Shown here: in pieces, positions 1 to 8,355 of the stretch
Numbering within the stretch: position 1 is the first letter of the stretch
Layout of the letters: every line of letters begins with the position of its first letter
Source of the DNA: Patescibacteria group bacterium
Lineage (GTDB): Bacteria; Patescibacteriota; Patescibacteriia; UBA10025; JBIOWE01
Direction: 5' to 3'
Length of the DNA: 64,000 nucleotides
Assembly: GCA_044868145.1 (NCBI GenBank)
Contig: JBIOWE010000004.1
Coordinates: forward strand, 333,860-397,859
The notes under the pieces: model-generated
What the model saw: the letters and a program-made list of their open reading frames with translations, nothing else
Database searches by the model: none
What the model was told of the DNA's origin: nothing
Position numbers and translations under genes: made by a program

Positions 1-303
1 CGCGTTCTTCAGGGAAGGAGGGTAGCCATGATTATATTCCGGGGTTACGATAATGAATCCATCCGCCGAATTTACTTTTTCTACCCATGCCCGTTCACCT
101 TCGTCCGTATATGACTCCTCTATTTCTTTGGTGTCTTTTGCATAGTGATACAACGGTAGATCGATTGCCTTGAGGTCAACGAGTTCAGCATGCATGTCAG
201 TGCGTTTTGCGGCCAGATTGTGTATCCACTGAGCAACGCGTTCACCCGCCCGTACTTCACGAATACTGGAAAGTATGATGAGAATTTTTGGAGACTGGCC
301 CAT
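1..303 (-). CDS. NADPH-dependent FMN reductase (flavodoxin-like), 3' end runs off the window
   Basis: Not in the ORF track. Manual translation from ATG at 303: MGQSPKILIILSSIRE...ADGFIIVTPEYNHGYPPSLKNA, with the family TPEYN...LKNA motif. Lies 5 nt downstream of the MarR gene. Confidence 0.9.
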   Translation of the reverse strand, partial: MGQSPKILIILSSIREVRAGERVAQWIHNLAAKRTDMHAELVDLKAIDLPLYHYAKDTKEIEESYTDEGERAWVEKVNSADGFIIVTPEYNHGYPPSLKNA

Positions 304-308
304 ATGCT

Positions 309-773
309 TTACGATGCCAATGTAAATTTTTCTTCTTTTGTTTCGGCCGATGCGAGTAATTTTTCAAGACTTACCTCGAAATCGTTTTTTTGTTTTGCGC
401 TCAAAACGCCAAAGAGTGTTGACAGTTGCTCATTGATTGTTTTAATCGCCTTTTCAGCGGTTGCGTGTCCTTCTTTGGTAAGCGTGAGCATGCGTTCTCT
501 TCGATTGTTCTGGTTCTCCGTGCGAAGAATTAATTTTTTCTCATGCAGAATCTCAATTTGCCTGCTTACGGCTGCTTCGGTTAAGCCGTGGAATCGAGCA
601 ATATGCTTCTGGGTGACCTGCCCGCGTTTCCGGAGCGCCATCAACATCCGAAATTGGGAAAATGTTAAGTCGAGCTGAACGTGCAGTTCGTGTGCTGCGA
701 TGCGGCCCAACACACACGTCAGCTTATGGAGCTTTACGCTAATATCCTTATTGTTTGAAGGGATTGAGACCAT
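309..773 (-). CDS. MarR-family transcriptional regulator
   Basis: LTFSQF..L..L; wHTH 'TQKHIA...LTEAAVSRQIEIL..K.LI.R...NRRERMLTLT.EG'. Confidence 0.92.
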   Translation of the reverse strand: MVSIPSNNKDISVKLHKLTCVLGRIAAHELHVQLDLTFSQFRMLMALRKRGQVTQKHIARFHGLTEAAVSRQIEILHEKKLILRTENQNNRRERMLTLTKEGHATAEKAIKTINEQLSTLFGVLSAKQKNDFEVSLEKLLASAETKEEKFTLAS

Positions 774-783
774 GGTTATCCAC

Positions 784-812
784 AGTATAGATGTTAATAG
801 TTAACAAGTCAA
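784..812 (-). promoter_or_regulatory. Sigma70 promoter of the marR operon with a palindromic operator in the spacer
   Basis: Minus strand TTGACT (807-812)-17 nt-TATACT (784-789). Palindrome TGTTAA-TAG-TTAACA at 792-806. Confidence 0.7.
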
Positions 813-888
813 GTATTAATCTTAACGAGAAAAACATCGAGACAATTGCTTTGTATTTTTTTTTCGAAAACGTCGGCTCATGAGATTC

Positions 889-939
889 TTGACAAAAACG
901 AACCATGGATGTATCATACACAATACCCCCTAGGGGTAT
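889..939 (+). promoter_or_regulatory. Sigma70 promoter plus CsoR-type G/C-tract operator
   Basis: TTGACA (889-894)-17 nt-TATCAT (912-917). ATACCCCCTAGGGGTAT (923-939) sits just before the CsoR-family start codon. Confidence 0.8.
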
Positions 940-944
940 ACACT

Positions 945-1208
945 ATGAAAGAAAATAACGAAAATAAGGTATTTCCGCTCCTCCATCGAATTATCGGCCA
1001 GCTTAATGGGCTTGAGCGGATGATGAAGGAGAAACGGGATTGTCAGGAAATTATGAATCAACTCATGGCCAGTCGCGCCGCGCTTGAGAAGCTGGGCATT
1101 CTTGTTTTGCAAGATGAATCAAGCTACTGTTTTGTCGGCAAAGGTGACGCGAAGAAGCGGATGAAGAATCTTGAGAATATTACAAAGCAATTATTCAAAG
1201 TGACCTAA
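945..1208 (+). CDS. CsoR/RcnR/CstR-family repressor
   Basis: L.RI.GQL.GL.RMM....C.EI..QL.A.RAAL signature, second Cys in ESSYC. Start moved to ATG 945. Confidence 0.9.
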   Translation: MKENNENKVFPLLHRIIGQLNGLERMMKEKRDCQEIMNQLMASRAALEKLGILVLQDESSYCFVGKGDAKKRMKNLENITKQLFKVT

Positions 1209-1272
1209 TCTCCGCGTATTCAGAACGGAGCAAGCAAGTCAAAGTATATTCCGCAATCGTCTTAATATACCA

Positions 1273-1397
1273 TTGTCATTTCGAGCACCGACCCTGAGTT
1301 TGTCGAAGAGGAGGAGCGAGAAATCCCCATGCGAAAAGGTAGGGCAAGGAGATTCCTCGTCGCCTCTCGACAAGCTCGAGACTCCTCGGAATGACAA
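1273..1397. repeat. TGTCATT...AATGACA-bounded palindromic element, copy 1
   Basis: Terminal inverted repeats TTGTCATTTCGAG / CTCGGAATGACAA with internal hairpins. Related to 21247-21372. Confidence 0.75.
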
Positions 1398-1439
1398 CAA
1401 GAGAGCATAGTCGACTATTTATTGTTAATCTTAAAACGT

Positions 1440-1760
1440 ATGGCAAAGATTATCTTTACCGACCAAAATTTTCAAGAAGAGGTTTTGAAGTCTGATAAAC
1501 CAGTACTCGTTGATTTTTGGGCTGAATGGTGCGCACCATGCCGCATTCAAGGACCGATTATTGAGAAGCTGTCGGATGAACTCTCGGCAAAAATCAAAAT
1601 TGGCAGCATGGATGTAGACGCACATCCGCAGACATCGCAGCAATACGGCGTGTTGAGTATCCCGACGCTGTTGTTATTCAAAGGCGGCAAGGTTGTCTGG
1701 CAGGGCGTTGGCCTGCATCATGAGCCAAAAATTCGAGAGGCAATTGAGGTAGCTGTGTAA
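1440..1760 (+). CDS. trxA: Thioredoxin
   Basis: VLVDFWAEWCAPC active site, SIPT motif, ~106 aa. Confidence 0.96.
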   Translation: MAKIIFTDQNFQEEVLKSDKPVLVDFWAEWCAPCRIQGPIIEKLSDELSAKIKIGSMDVDAHPQTSQQYGVLSIPTLLLFKGGKVVWQGVGLHHEPKIREAIEVAV

Positions 1761-1763
1761 TCT

Positions 1764-2687
1764 ATGGAGAAGCTCCTTATTCTTGGCTCGGGCAATGCCG
1801 GATGGACGGCCGCGCTCTACGCAGCCCGTGCAAATTTAAATCCTCTTGTTATCACGGGTGAACAAGAAGGTGGTCAACTGACTACAACAACGCTCGTGGA
1901 AAATTACCCGGGCTTTCCAGATGGTGTCCAGGGTCCAGAATTGATGGAAATATTCAAAAAGCAGGCGCTCAAGTTCGGCGCCCGTGTCAAAACCGCGCTT
2001 GCGACTTCGTTCAAAAACAAGAGCGGGTCGTTTGCCATTGGTTTGGACGATGGCGCAACCATAGAAGCTAAAAGCGTGATTATTGCCACTGGCGCGTCGC
2101 CGAAGAAACTTGGTGTGCCTGGCGAACAAGAGTACATGGGCCGTGGAGTCTCCACGTGTGCCACGTGTGACGGCTATTTTTTCCGCGGTAAGACCGTGGC
2201 AGTCATTGGCGGCGGCGATAGCGCAGCCGAAGAATCCACGTTTCTCGCGAAAGTCGTGGGAAAGGTGTGTTTGCTCGTCCGGAAGGATGTGCTACGAGCA
2301 AGTAAGATTATGCAAGAACGCGTAATGAAAAACTCCAACATTGAAATTATGTGGAATACGGAAGTTGCGGAAGTGATCGGCGATGGCAAGAAAGTGCGCG
2401 GCCTCCGTATCAAAGACAGCAAAACGAATGACGAGCGTGAACTTGCCGTTGATGGAATGTTCCTCGCTATCGGCCACATACCAAACGTAAGCATCTTCCA
2501 AGAATGGATTAAACTGAACGAGCTCGGTTATGTAGAAACCGATAGGCGGATGCACACCAATCTGCCCGGCGTGTTCGCGTCCGGCGACGTGCAGGACCAT
2601 TTGTATCGTCAAGCGGTGACCGCCGCCGGCACCGGGTGCATGGCAGCGATTGAGGCGGAGCGATACCTTGAACATCTTGACCGATAA
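1764..2687 (+). CDS. trxB: Thioredoxin-disulfide reductase
   Basis: GSGNAG FAD site, CATCDG, GGGDSA, GDV...RQAVTAAG.GC. Confidence 0.97.
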   Translation: MEKLLILGSGNAGWTAALYAARANLNPLVITGEQEGGQLTTTTLVENYPGFPDGVQGPELMEIFKKQALKFGARVKTALATSFKNKSGSFAIGLDDGATIEAKSVIIATGASPKKLGVPGEQEYMGRGVSTCATCDGYFFRGKTVAVIGGGDSAAEESTFLAKVVGKVCLLVRKDVLRASKIMQERVMKNSNIEIMWNTEVAEVIGDGKKVRGLRIKDSKTNDERELAVDGMFLAIGHIPNVSIFQEWIKLNELGYVETDRRMHTNLPGVFASGDVQDHLYRQAVTAAGTGCMAAIEAERYLEHLDR

Positions 2688-2692
2688 CAATA

Positions 2693-3955
2693 ATGGAGAC
2701 GAATTTGTACGCAGGCGCTCTCGCGCAGCTCGCAAAAGCAAAGCAACACCTTTCGCATCATGAGGATGTATCCGCGCGTCTGACAAAACCAGATCGCGTT
2801 CTTCAATTTCCCATTCGCGTCCAAATGGATAACGGAACCGAGCAGTCGTTTGAAGGATATCGGGTGCAATATAATAATAGCCGCGGGCCGTACAAAGGCG
2901 GTATCCGTTTCCATCCGCAAACGAACCTTGACGAAGTGAAGGCGCTCGCATTTTGGATGACAATGAAATGTGCAGTGGTGAACATTCCATTCGGCGGTGG
3001 CAAGGGCGGTGTTACTGTCGACCCAAAGAAATTGAGCGAGACCGAACTCGAAGGGTTAAGTCGCGGCTGGGTGACTGCGTTTGCGGAGTACATTGGTCCG
3101 GAAAAAGATGTGCCTGCGCCGGACGTGTACACTAACCCCAAGATTATGGCGTGGATGGTTGATGAGTATTCCAAAATTGTCGGTAAATGGTCGCCTACCG
3201 CATTCACTGGGAAGCCGATTGATAAAGGCGGGTCTGCCGGCCGTGAATATGCGACGGGCCAGGGTGGCTATTACGCCCTGCATGAGCTTGCGAACCGGCT
3301 TGGGCTTGAGCCAAAAAGCACGCGAGTCGCCATTCAGGGGTTTGGCAACGTTGGCTATTACACCGCCAAGATTTTGGACGCCGCTGGCTATAAAATTATC
3401 GCCCTTTCCGACTCAAAAGGCGGAATTTTAGACTTGCGCGGGCTCGGCATGGATCCGGAAAACGTTATGAAAACCAAGCAAGAAAAGGGGATGATTGAAG
3501 GGTGCTATGGTGTTGGGTCGGCTTTAGATTGTGAGAACTATAAGAAGATATCAAATAAAGAATTATTGACGCTTGAGTGTGATATCCTCGTTCCGGCGGC
3601 GCTTGAGAATCAAATTACAAAAGAAAACGCGAACCAAATGAAGGCAAAGGCCATTCTTGAAATGGCAAATGGTCCTGTTACGCCGGAAGCGGATGATATA
3701 CTGTTCGAAAAAAAGATCCACGTAGTTCCGGACATTTTGGCGAACGCAGGCGGAGTCACTGTTTCCTATTTTGAGTGGGACCAGAATATGAAGAACGAGC
3801 ATTGGTCAGAGCGAGACGTGCTGGCCAAACTTCAGTCCATCATGGTTCAGTCATTCCAAGAAGTTTGGAATATTGCGCAAGAAAAAAGGGTAGACATGCG
3901 AACCGCGGCATACGTTCTCGCCGTTCAGCGCATTGGGAGTGCCATCAAAAAGTAG
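2693..3955 (+). CDS. gdhA: Glu/Leu/Phe/Val dehydrogenase (glutamate dehydrogenase)
   Basis: GPYKGGIRF, GGGKGG, VPAPD, QGFGNVG, NAGGVTVSYFEW. Confidence 0.93.
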   Translation: METNLYAGALAQLAKAKQHLSHHEDVSARLTKPDRVLQFPIRVQMDNGTEQSFEGYRVQYNNSRGPYKGGIRFHPQTNLDEVKALAFWMTMKCAVVNIPFGGGKGGVTVDPKKLSETELEGLSRGWVTAFAEYIGPEKDVPAPDVYTNPKIMAWMVDEYSKIVGKWSPTAFTGKPIDKGGSAGREYATGQGGYYALHELANRLGLEPKSTRVAIQGFGNVGYYTAKILDAAGYKIIALSDSKGGILDLRGLGMDPENVMKTKQEKGMIEGCYGVGSALDCENYKKISNKELLTLECDILVPAALENQITKENANQMKAKAILEMANGPVTPEADDILFEKKIHVVPDILANAGGVTVSYFEWDQNMKNEHWSERDVLAKLQSIMVQSFQEVWNIAQEKRVDMRTAAYVLAVQRIGSAIKK

Positions 3956-3973
3956 TGCGCACTCTTTCAAAAT

Positions 3974-4005
3974 AAAAACCGCCCTTCGAAAACTTCGAAA
4001 GGCGG
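3974..4005. terminator. Intrinsic terminator between convergent genes
   Basis: Hairpin CCGCCCTTCGAA-AAC-TTCGAAAGGCGG preceded by an A-run (U-run on the minus strand). Confidence 0.7.
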
Positions 4006-4021
4006 AATGTTGGGATAGCGG

Positions 4022-4651
4022 TCATGCCGCAAGCGTTTCAAAATAATTCAGCATATTCCACTGCGCGCTGAGCACTTCGCGCGCTTGAAGGAGCGCAACC
4101 GGATCAGGGGGCATTGCCTCTAAAATTTGTAGGGCGAACCCAATGTGCTCATGTTCATTCTCCGCGTGAACCCGGAAGAATTCCGTGGCAGGTCCATCGG
4201 TAAACCCATAGTGCTGGATGAGGCCTTTGCGTTTCAGCGCCATAACCTTTGGCAACTGAACCTCGTACACGTACATTGCCGCCACACCGGCAGATGGGCT
4301 TTTTTGAACTGCCCGTTGCAGACTCTCTGTGACTTTTGACGCAATGGCACGAGTTGCATCGTTCGCCAGATCTTTTTTCGTGAGGCCAAGCTCGAAACAA
4401 AAATCTTTGAACAAACGAACATGTTCCAGCTCATCTTGCGCGTGTTTGGTCAACTGCAAATCATCCAGCCCTTTTCCGCGAAGCCTCTCCATATTCACGG
4501 GGATGCATTCCGTTATTGGTAAATACGCAATGGCGTATTCCTTCAGTACATTCTTACTGATTTTACCATCCACCCACTTTTTATAAAATTGGTGGCCGGC
4601 TAAATCTTTATGGTGCACTGCGCGTTCCAACTGTGCAATCATTCCCTCCAC
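4022..4651 (-). CDS. Heme-oxygenase-like dimetal enzyme, CADD/PqqC/TenA superfamily (CADD-like)
   Basis: H.FY..W..G, DELEH, YE.Q.P.V...K..GL..HYG, FF.VH...E..H. GTG start with AAGGAGG RBS. Confidence 0.8.
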   Translation of the reverse strand: MEGMIAQLERAVHHKDLAGHQFYKKWVDGKISKNVLKEYAIAYLPITECIPVNMERLRGKGLDDLQLTKHAQDELEHVRLFKDFCFELGLTKKDLANDATRAIASKVTESLQRAVQKSPSAGVAAMYVYEVQLPKVMALKRKGLIQHYGFTDGPATEFFRVHAENEHEHIGFALQILEAMPPDPVALLQAREVLSAQWNMLNYFETLAA

Positions 4652-4752
4652 TGCTCCTCCTTATTTTGATTGTTAAGTACGGTTTTGGTTTCTTTTTCTA
4701 AAAATAAGTGTAGACCAGTGCCGGAAATTTGTCGAGAGCCGTTCATTTCCGC

Positions 4753-4781
4753 TTGACACATTGTTCGACCAGGAGTATACT
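4753..4781 (+). promoter_or_regulatory. Near-consensus sigma70 promoter
   Basis: TTGACA (4753-4758)-17 nt-TATACT (4776-4781). Confidence 0.7.
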
Positions 4782-4787
4782 TATGTC

Positions 4788-4927
4788 ATATACAGGGCAA
4801 ATAGCCCTTAAACAAACAACCCCGATCAAAGGGGTATTATCGTGGCACAATGCCACATCATCCCGAATAGGGATAAAAAATATGGGCCTCCACGCGTGAT
4901 TGCTAATGGAGGCCTTATCTTTTTCTT
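4788..4927 (+). ncRNA. Candidate multi-hairpin small RNA (unassigned family)
   Basis: Four short perfect hairpins plus a terminator-like hairpin with a U-rich tail, directly after the promoter. Confidence 0.4.
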
Positions 4928-5018
4928 ACGCGACCGTTTACTGTTCTGTGTGGCGGTGATATAATTATCCACAAGCAAAAAGACAAAGGGCACAAAACGC
5001 CTCTTTTTAATTGAAAAA

Positions 5019-5387
5019 ATGGACAAAACATTTGTCGAAAAAATGAGAGTAAGGCTGGAAGAGGAGCGAGAACGGCTTGCACAGCAACTAAAGCAAATGA
5101 CTGAAGCAAGAAAACTCAACCCGGACCAAATTCAGGTAAAGTGGGACGATGTTGGTTCAAAGGATGAAGACAATGCCGTTGAGGTCGCGAATTTTCAAGA
5201 CGAACTTTCCTTGGAGAAGAACTTGGAAAAAGCGCTGGAAAAGGTTAACCTTTCCTTGAAAAAAATCGAAGCCGGAACGTATGGGATCTGTGAACAATGC
5301 GGCAAAGATATCGAAGAACGCCGGCTCGAGGCATATCCCGCTGCTACCATCTGCATGCGGCATAGCGTTCAGAATGGCGGCGTATGA
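5019..5387 (+). CDS. DksA/TraR C4-type zinc finger protein
   Basis: Coiled coil followed by GTYGICEQCG..I...RLEA.P.A..CMRH. Confidence 0.9.
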   Translation: MDKTFVEKMRVRLEEERERLAQQLKQMTEARKLNPDQIQVKWDDVGSKDEDNAVEVANFQDELSLEKNLEKALEKVNLSLKKIEAGTYGICEQCGKDIEERRLEAYPAATICMRHSVQNGGV

Positions 5388-5848
5388 GGCGTTTGCCATC
5401 GTGGTTTTTTGTTGGCCACGGCATTGTCGTTGGCCTGTTTATTCTTGATCGGATCGCCAAATGGTTCGCAATGCATCTCCTGCCTGACGCAGGAGTTTTT
5501 CTTTTTCCGGGCGTTGGGTTTGTACTTGAACGAAACCTCGGCATTGCATACAGTCTCCCACTTCAAGGCACGCTGTTGATTGTCGTTTCGTTTTGCTTGT
5601 TCATTATCCTTGGTTTTTTATTTCGTCGTGCGTTCGCACGCGGCGCAATCGCAGAGACGGTCGGGTATAGTCTGATCATCGTGGGAGCATTTTCAAATTT
5701 ACTCGACCGTTTACATTTCGGTTTTGTGACCGACTACATGACACTGACCGGCTGGCCAGTATTTAATCTCGCGGACGTGATGATTCTCAGCGGCACAGTT
5801 TTGGTTTTGACCAAAGTAATTTTTATGCGTGATACGTATCCCATGTAA
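5384..5848 (+). CDS. lspA: Signal peptidase II
   Basis: N.GIAYS, GA.SNL.DR..FG.V.DY, PVFNLAD. Confidence 0.92.
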   Translation: MRRLPSWFFVGHGIVVGLFILDRIAKWFAMHLLPDAGVFLFPGVGFVLERNLGIAYSLPLQGTLLIVVSFCLFIILGFLFRRAFARGAIAETVGYSLIIVGAFSNLLDRLHFGFVTDYMTLTGWPVFNLADVMILSGTVLVLTKVIFMRDTYPM

Positions 5849-5891
5849 CTTTACTGACTTGTTATAACGCTCTACAATAGAGACAGGACGT

Positions 5892-6902
5892 ATGAAAGCA
5901 ATTGTCTACAGAGGTAAAGAAAACGTAGTATTAAAAAATATTCCGAAACCAAGCATCGGCCATTTTGACGTGTTAATTCGTATTCGAACAGTTGGTATTT
6001 GCGGTACTGATTTACACATTTATCACGGGGGCATGAAAATGAAGCGAGACGCGGTCATGGGTCACGAATTCGCAGGTATGATAGCAGCCGTTGGGCGACA
6101 CGTAAAAAGCCTGCGAATAGGTGATCGCGTTGTCGCCGAACATATTATTGCATGCGGTCAGTGCGTATATTGCCTTGCAGGCAAGCCGAATCTTTGCCTG
6201 CGCGCGGAAGTGATCGGTTTTCACCGCCAAGGCGCACTTGCCGAATATCTTGCCGTGCCCGCCAACTTGGTGCATAAGGTGCCTAGGTCGGTCAGCATGG
6301 AAGAAGCAGCCATGATTGAGCCCCTTTCCATCGCTGTTTACGCTGTTCGCGAAGCCGGTTCGCTCATTGGCCGGAACACCGCAGTGGTTGGCCAAGGCCC
6401 GATTGGTCTATTGGTTGACCAAGTTCTTCATGCCGCAGGAAGCCATGTGGTAGGCATTGACGTGCGAGACGTTTCACTGAAATTCGCGAAGCGAAAGGGA
6501 TGGATCGATTACGCTATAAACGCGAGCCGCGGGAAAGTTCAAAATGCCATAAAGAAGTTATTCAATGATGGATTCGACGTTGTATTTGAAGTCGTTGGTA
6601 AAGAACAAACGGCTCAGCTCTCCATCAATATCGCGCGCCGAGACGGCGACGTATACTTCCTGGGAGTATTTGGAGCGCCGGCGTCACTCAATGTCATGGA
6701 AATTGTGGAAAAGGAACTGAACATCTACGGTGTCTGGCGATGCGCGTTTAGCTTTCCTGAAGCAATCGACCTTGTTGCGAAAAAGAAGGTTGACGTGAAG
6801 AGTCTTATTACGCACGTGTATCCGATTGAAAAAGCGGAACAAGCCTTGAAAGACGCAAGCGCCTACGCCGGCAATCGGATTAAAACGATTATTCGTTTTT
6901 AA
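5892..6902 (+). CDS. Zn-dependent MDR alcohol dehydrogenase (threonine/sorbitol dehydrogenase-like)
   Basis: GICGTD, GHE, CGQCVYC...C structural Zn site, GQGPIG. Confidence 0.9.
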   Translation: MKAIVYRGKENVVLKNIPKPSIGHFDVLIRIRTVGICGTDLHIYHGGMKMKRDAVMGHEFAGMIAAVGRHVKSLRIGDRVVAEHIIACGQCVYCLAGKPNLCLRAEVIGFHRQGALAEYLAVPANLVHKVPRSVSMEEAAMIEPLSIAVYAVREAGSLIGRNTAVVGQGPIGLLVDQVLHAAGSHVVGIDVRDVSLKFAKRKGWIDYAINASRGKVQNAIKKLFNDGFDVVFEVVGKEQTAQLSINIARRDGDVYFLGVFGAPASLNVMEIVEKELNIYGVWRCAFSFPEAIDLVAKKKVDVKSLITHVYPIEKAEQALKDASAYAGNRIKTIIRF

Positions 6903-7026
6903 TCTAATGAAATTTTTTGTAGGCCTTTGTTCACGAAAGGCACTGTTTTTTGTTATTCCTTCAACCTGGCTCTTTGATTGACAGGCTAATGCTTCGGCGC
7001 TACTCTGGAAGCAAAGGAGGTACATC

Positions 7027-7218
7027 ATGAGCTTATTGCCAAACTCTGATGAGTTGCAAATCTTGCACAGCTGCGGCACCCTGGTAACGGTCCGCATTGA
7101 AGGAACGTTTGCAGGACCAATGGCCATGCCCGAGAAGTGTCCAAAATGCGGTAAGCCAGTGCAAGACGAGCGAATTAGTGATGCGTTGATCGCGTATGCC
7201 AGCAAGCATATACACTAA
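7027..7218 (+). CDS. Small putative zinc-ribbon protein
   Basis: HSCG...CPKCG. AGGAGG RBS, upstream TTGACA promoter-like sequence and downstream terminator. Confidence 0.65.
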   Translation: MSLLPNSDELQILHSCGTLVTVRIEGTFAGPMAMPEKCPKCGKPVQDERISDALIAYASKHIH

Positions 7219-7235
7219 AAAGCATACGTGAAAAC

Positions 7236-7275
7236 AAAAAAGAGAGCGTCTTATGAAGAGCGCTCTCTGATTTTT
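7236..7275. terminator. Bidirectional intrinsic terminator
   Basis: A-run AGAGAGCG...CGCTCTCT T-run between convergent genes. Confidence 0.75.
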
Positions 7276-7290
7276 ATTAAAGCTCCGGTG

Positions 7291-7600
7291 TTACACCGGC
7301 GCCAGTAGTTCACCGGCCTTTTCCCGAATCATTCCTTCAATTTTTCCCTTGAAGAAACTAACAAGAAAAGGTAGCTTACCTGAGACATCGATTGTCGTCG
7401 GTGTCACGCTGATACTCCCTGTTATATCATAGCCTTGTGCCGTAAACTGGAATTCCGCGGAATTTCCGTTCCATAATTCCGATGCCCCGCTGATGTATTC
7501 CGCGTACTGCTCCTTAAGCTTGGGCAGCAGCTGTTGAATGCGCCTTACTGCTTCTTCCTGCCCCCAGGGTATGGGGAATAGAAATGAACATTGAACCCAT
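7291..7600 (-). pseudogene. Polyhydroxyalkanoic-acid-system family protein with a +1 frameshift
   Basis: AAGGAGG RBS, then ATG (7600) MGSMFISIPHTLG. The frame switches at a G5 run (7561-7565) into QEEAVRRI...W.G....F...LP. Confidence 0.7.
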
Positions 7601-7757
7601 CGAGCATCCTCCTTTTGTTTTATTTTGAAACGGTAGTATACGGTAAATGAAGATTTTGTCAAGCGCTGATTGACAAAAAAGCTCCTATTACTATACAATA
7701 AAGGCGATATATTAATAAAAAGCCTTCCCAAAAGCTATTTGTGGAAGGTTTTTGTTT

Positions 7758-8351
7758 ATGGCGCATTTGCCAAAATTCAACATTTTCGGTCACGCACATT
7801 TTGTAACGACCAATACACATCATCGCAGGCATATTTTCCGTAATGAGAAATGTTGTGAAATTTTGATATCCGAGATTAATTTCTATCGCAACAAGTTAAG
7901 GTTCAAATTAATCGGATACTGTATTATGCTAGATCATTTGCACATGATAATTTGGTGGGATCCGGGGACCGTACCGCATTTAGTGGTCTCAGCAATTATG
8001 CATCGTATCAAAAACCATTCCGCCCGCTCGATCATCGATTCTGTATATCACACGGGTGGGCAAGGTCCCTTGACCTTGCCGCCGCGTGTGCGCCTGGGTC
8101 AAGGGACCCAGGCTACCCGAGCGGAATATCCACACAAGAGAATGAGCAGACAACAATATCAGGTATGGCAACCCTCTTTCTATGACTTTAATATTTATTC
8201 AGAGGATATGCTACATCAAAAATTAGATTATATTCACCTGAATCCTGTCCGTGCCGGGCTTGTGCGCGATCCTGTTGACTGGAAATATTCCTCTGCCCGA
8301 AATTACTATCTAGGAGACGAGTCAATGTTAAAGATTGATCGACTATTATAA
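7758..8351 (+). mobile_element. REP-associated tyrosine transposase (RAYT, Y1 HUH)
   Basis: HFVT, HLH (HUH motif), VWQ..FYD..I, KLDYIH.NPVRAGLV...W.YSS. Confidence 0.9.
8054..8118. repeat. REP doublet lying in-frame inside the RAYT gene
   Basis: GGGTG-GGCAAGGTC-CCTT-GACCTTGCC and an inverted partner GGGTA-GCCTGGGTC-CCTT-GACCCAGGC. Confidence 0.75.
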
Positions 8352-8355
8352 GCAT

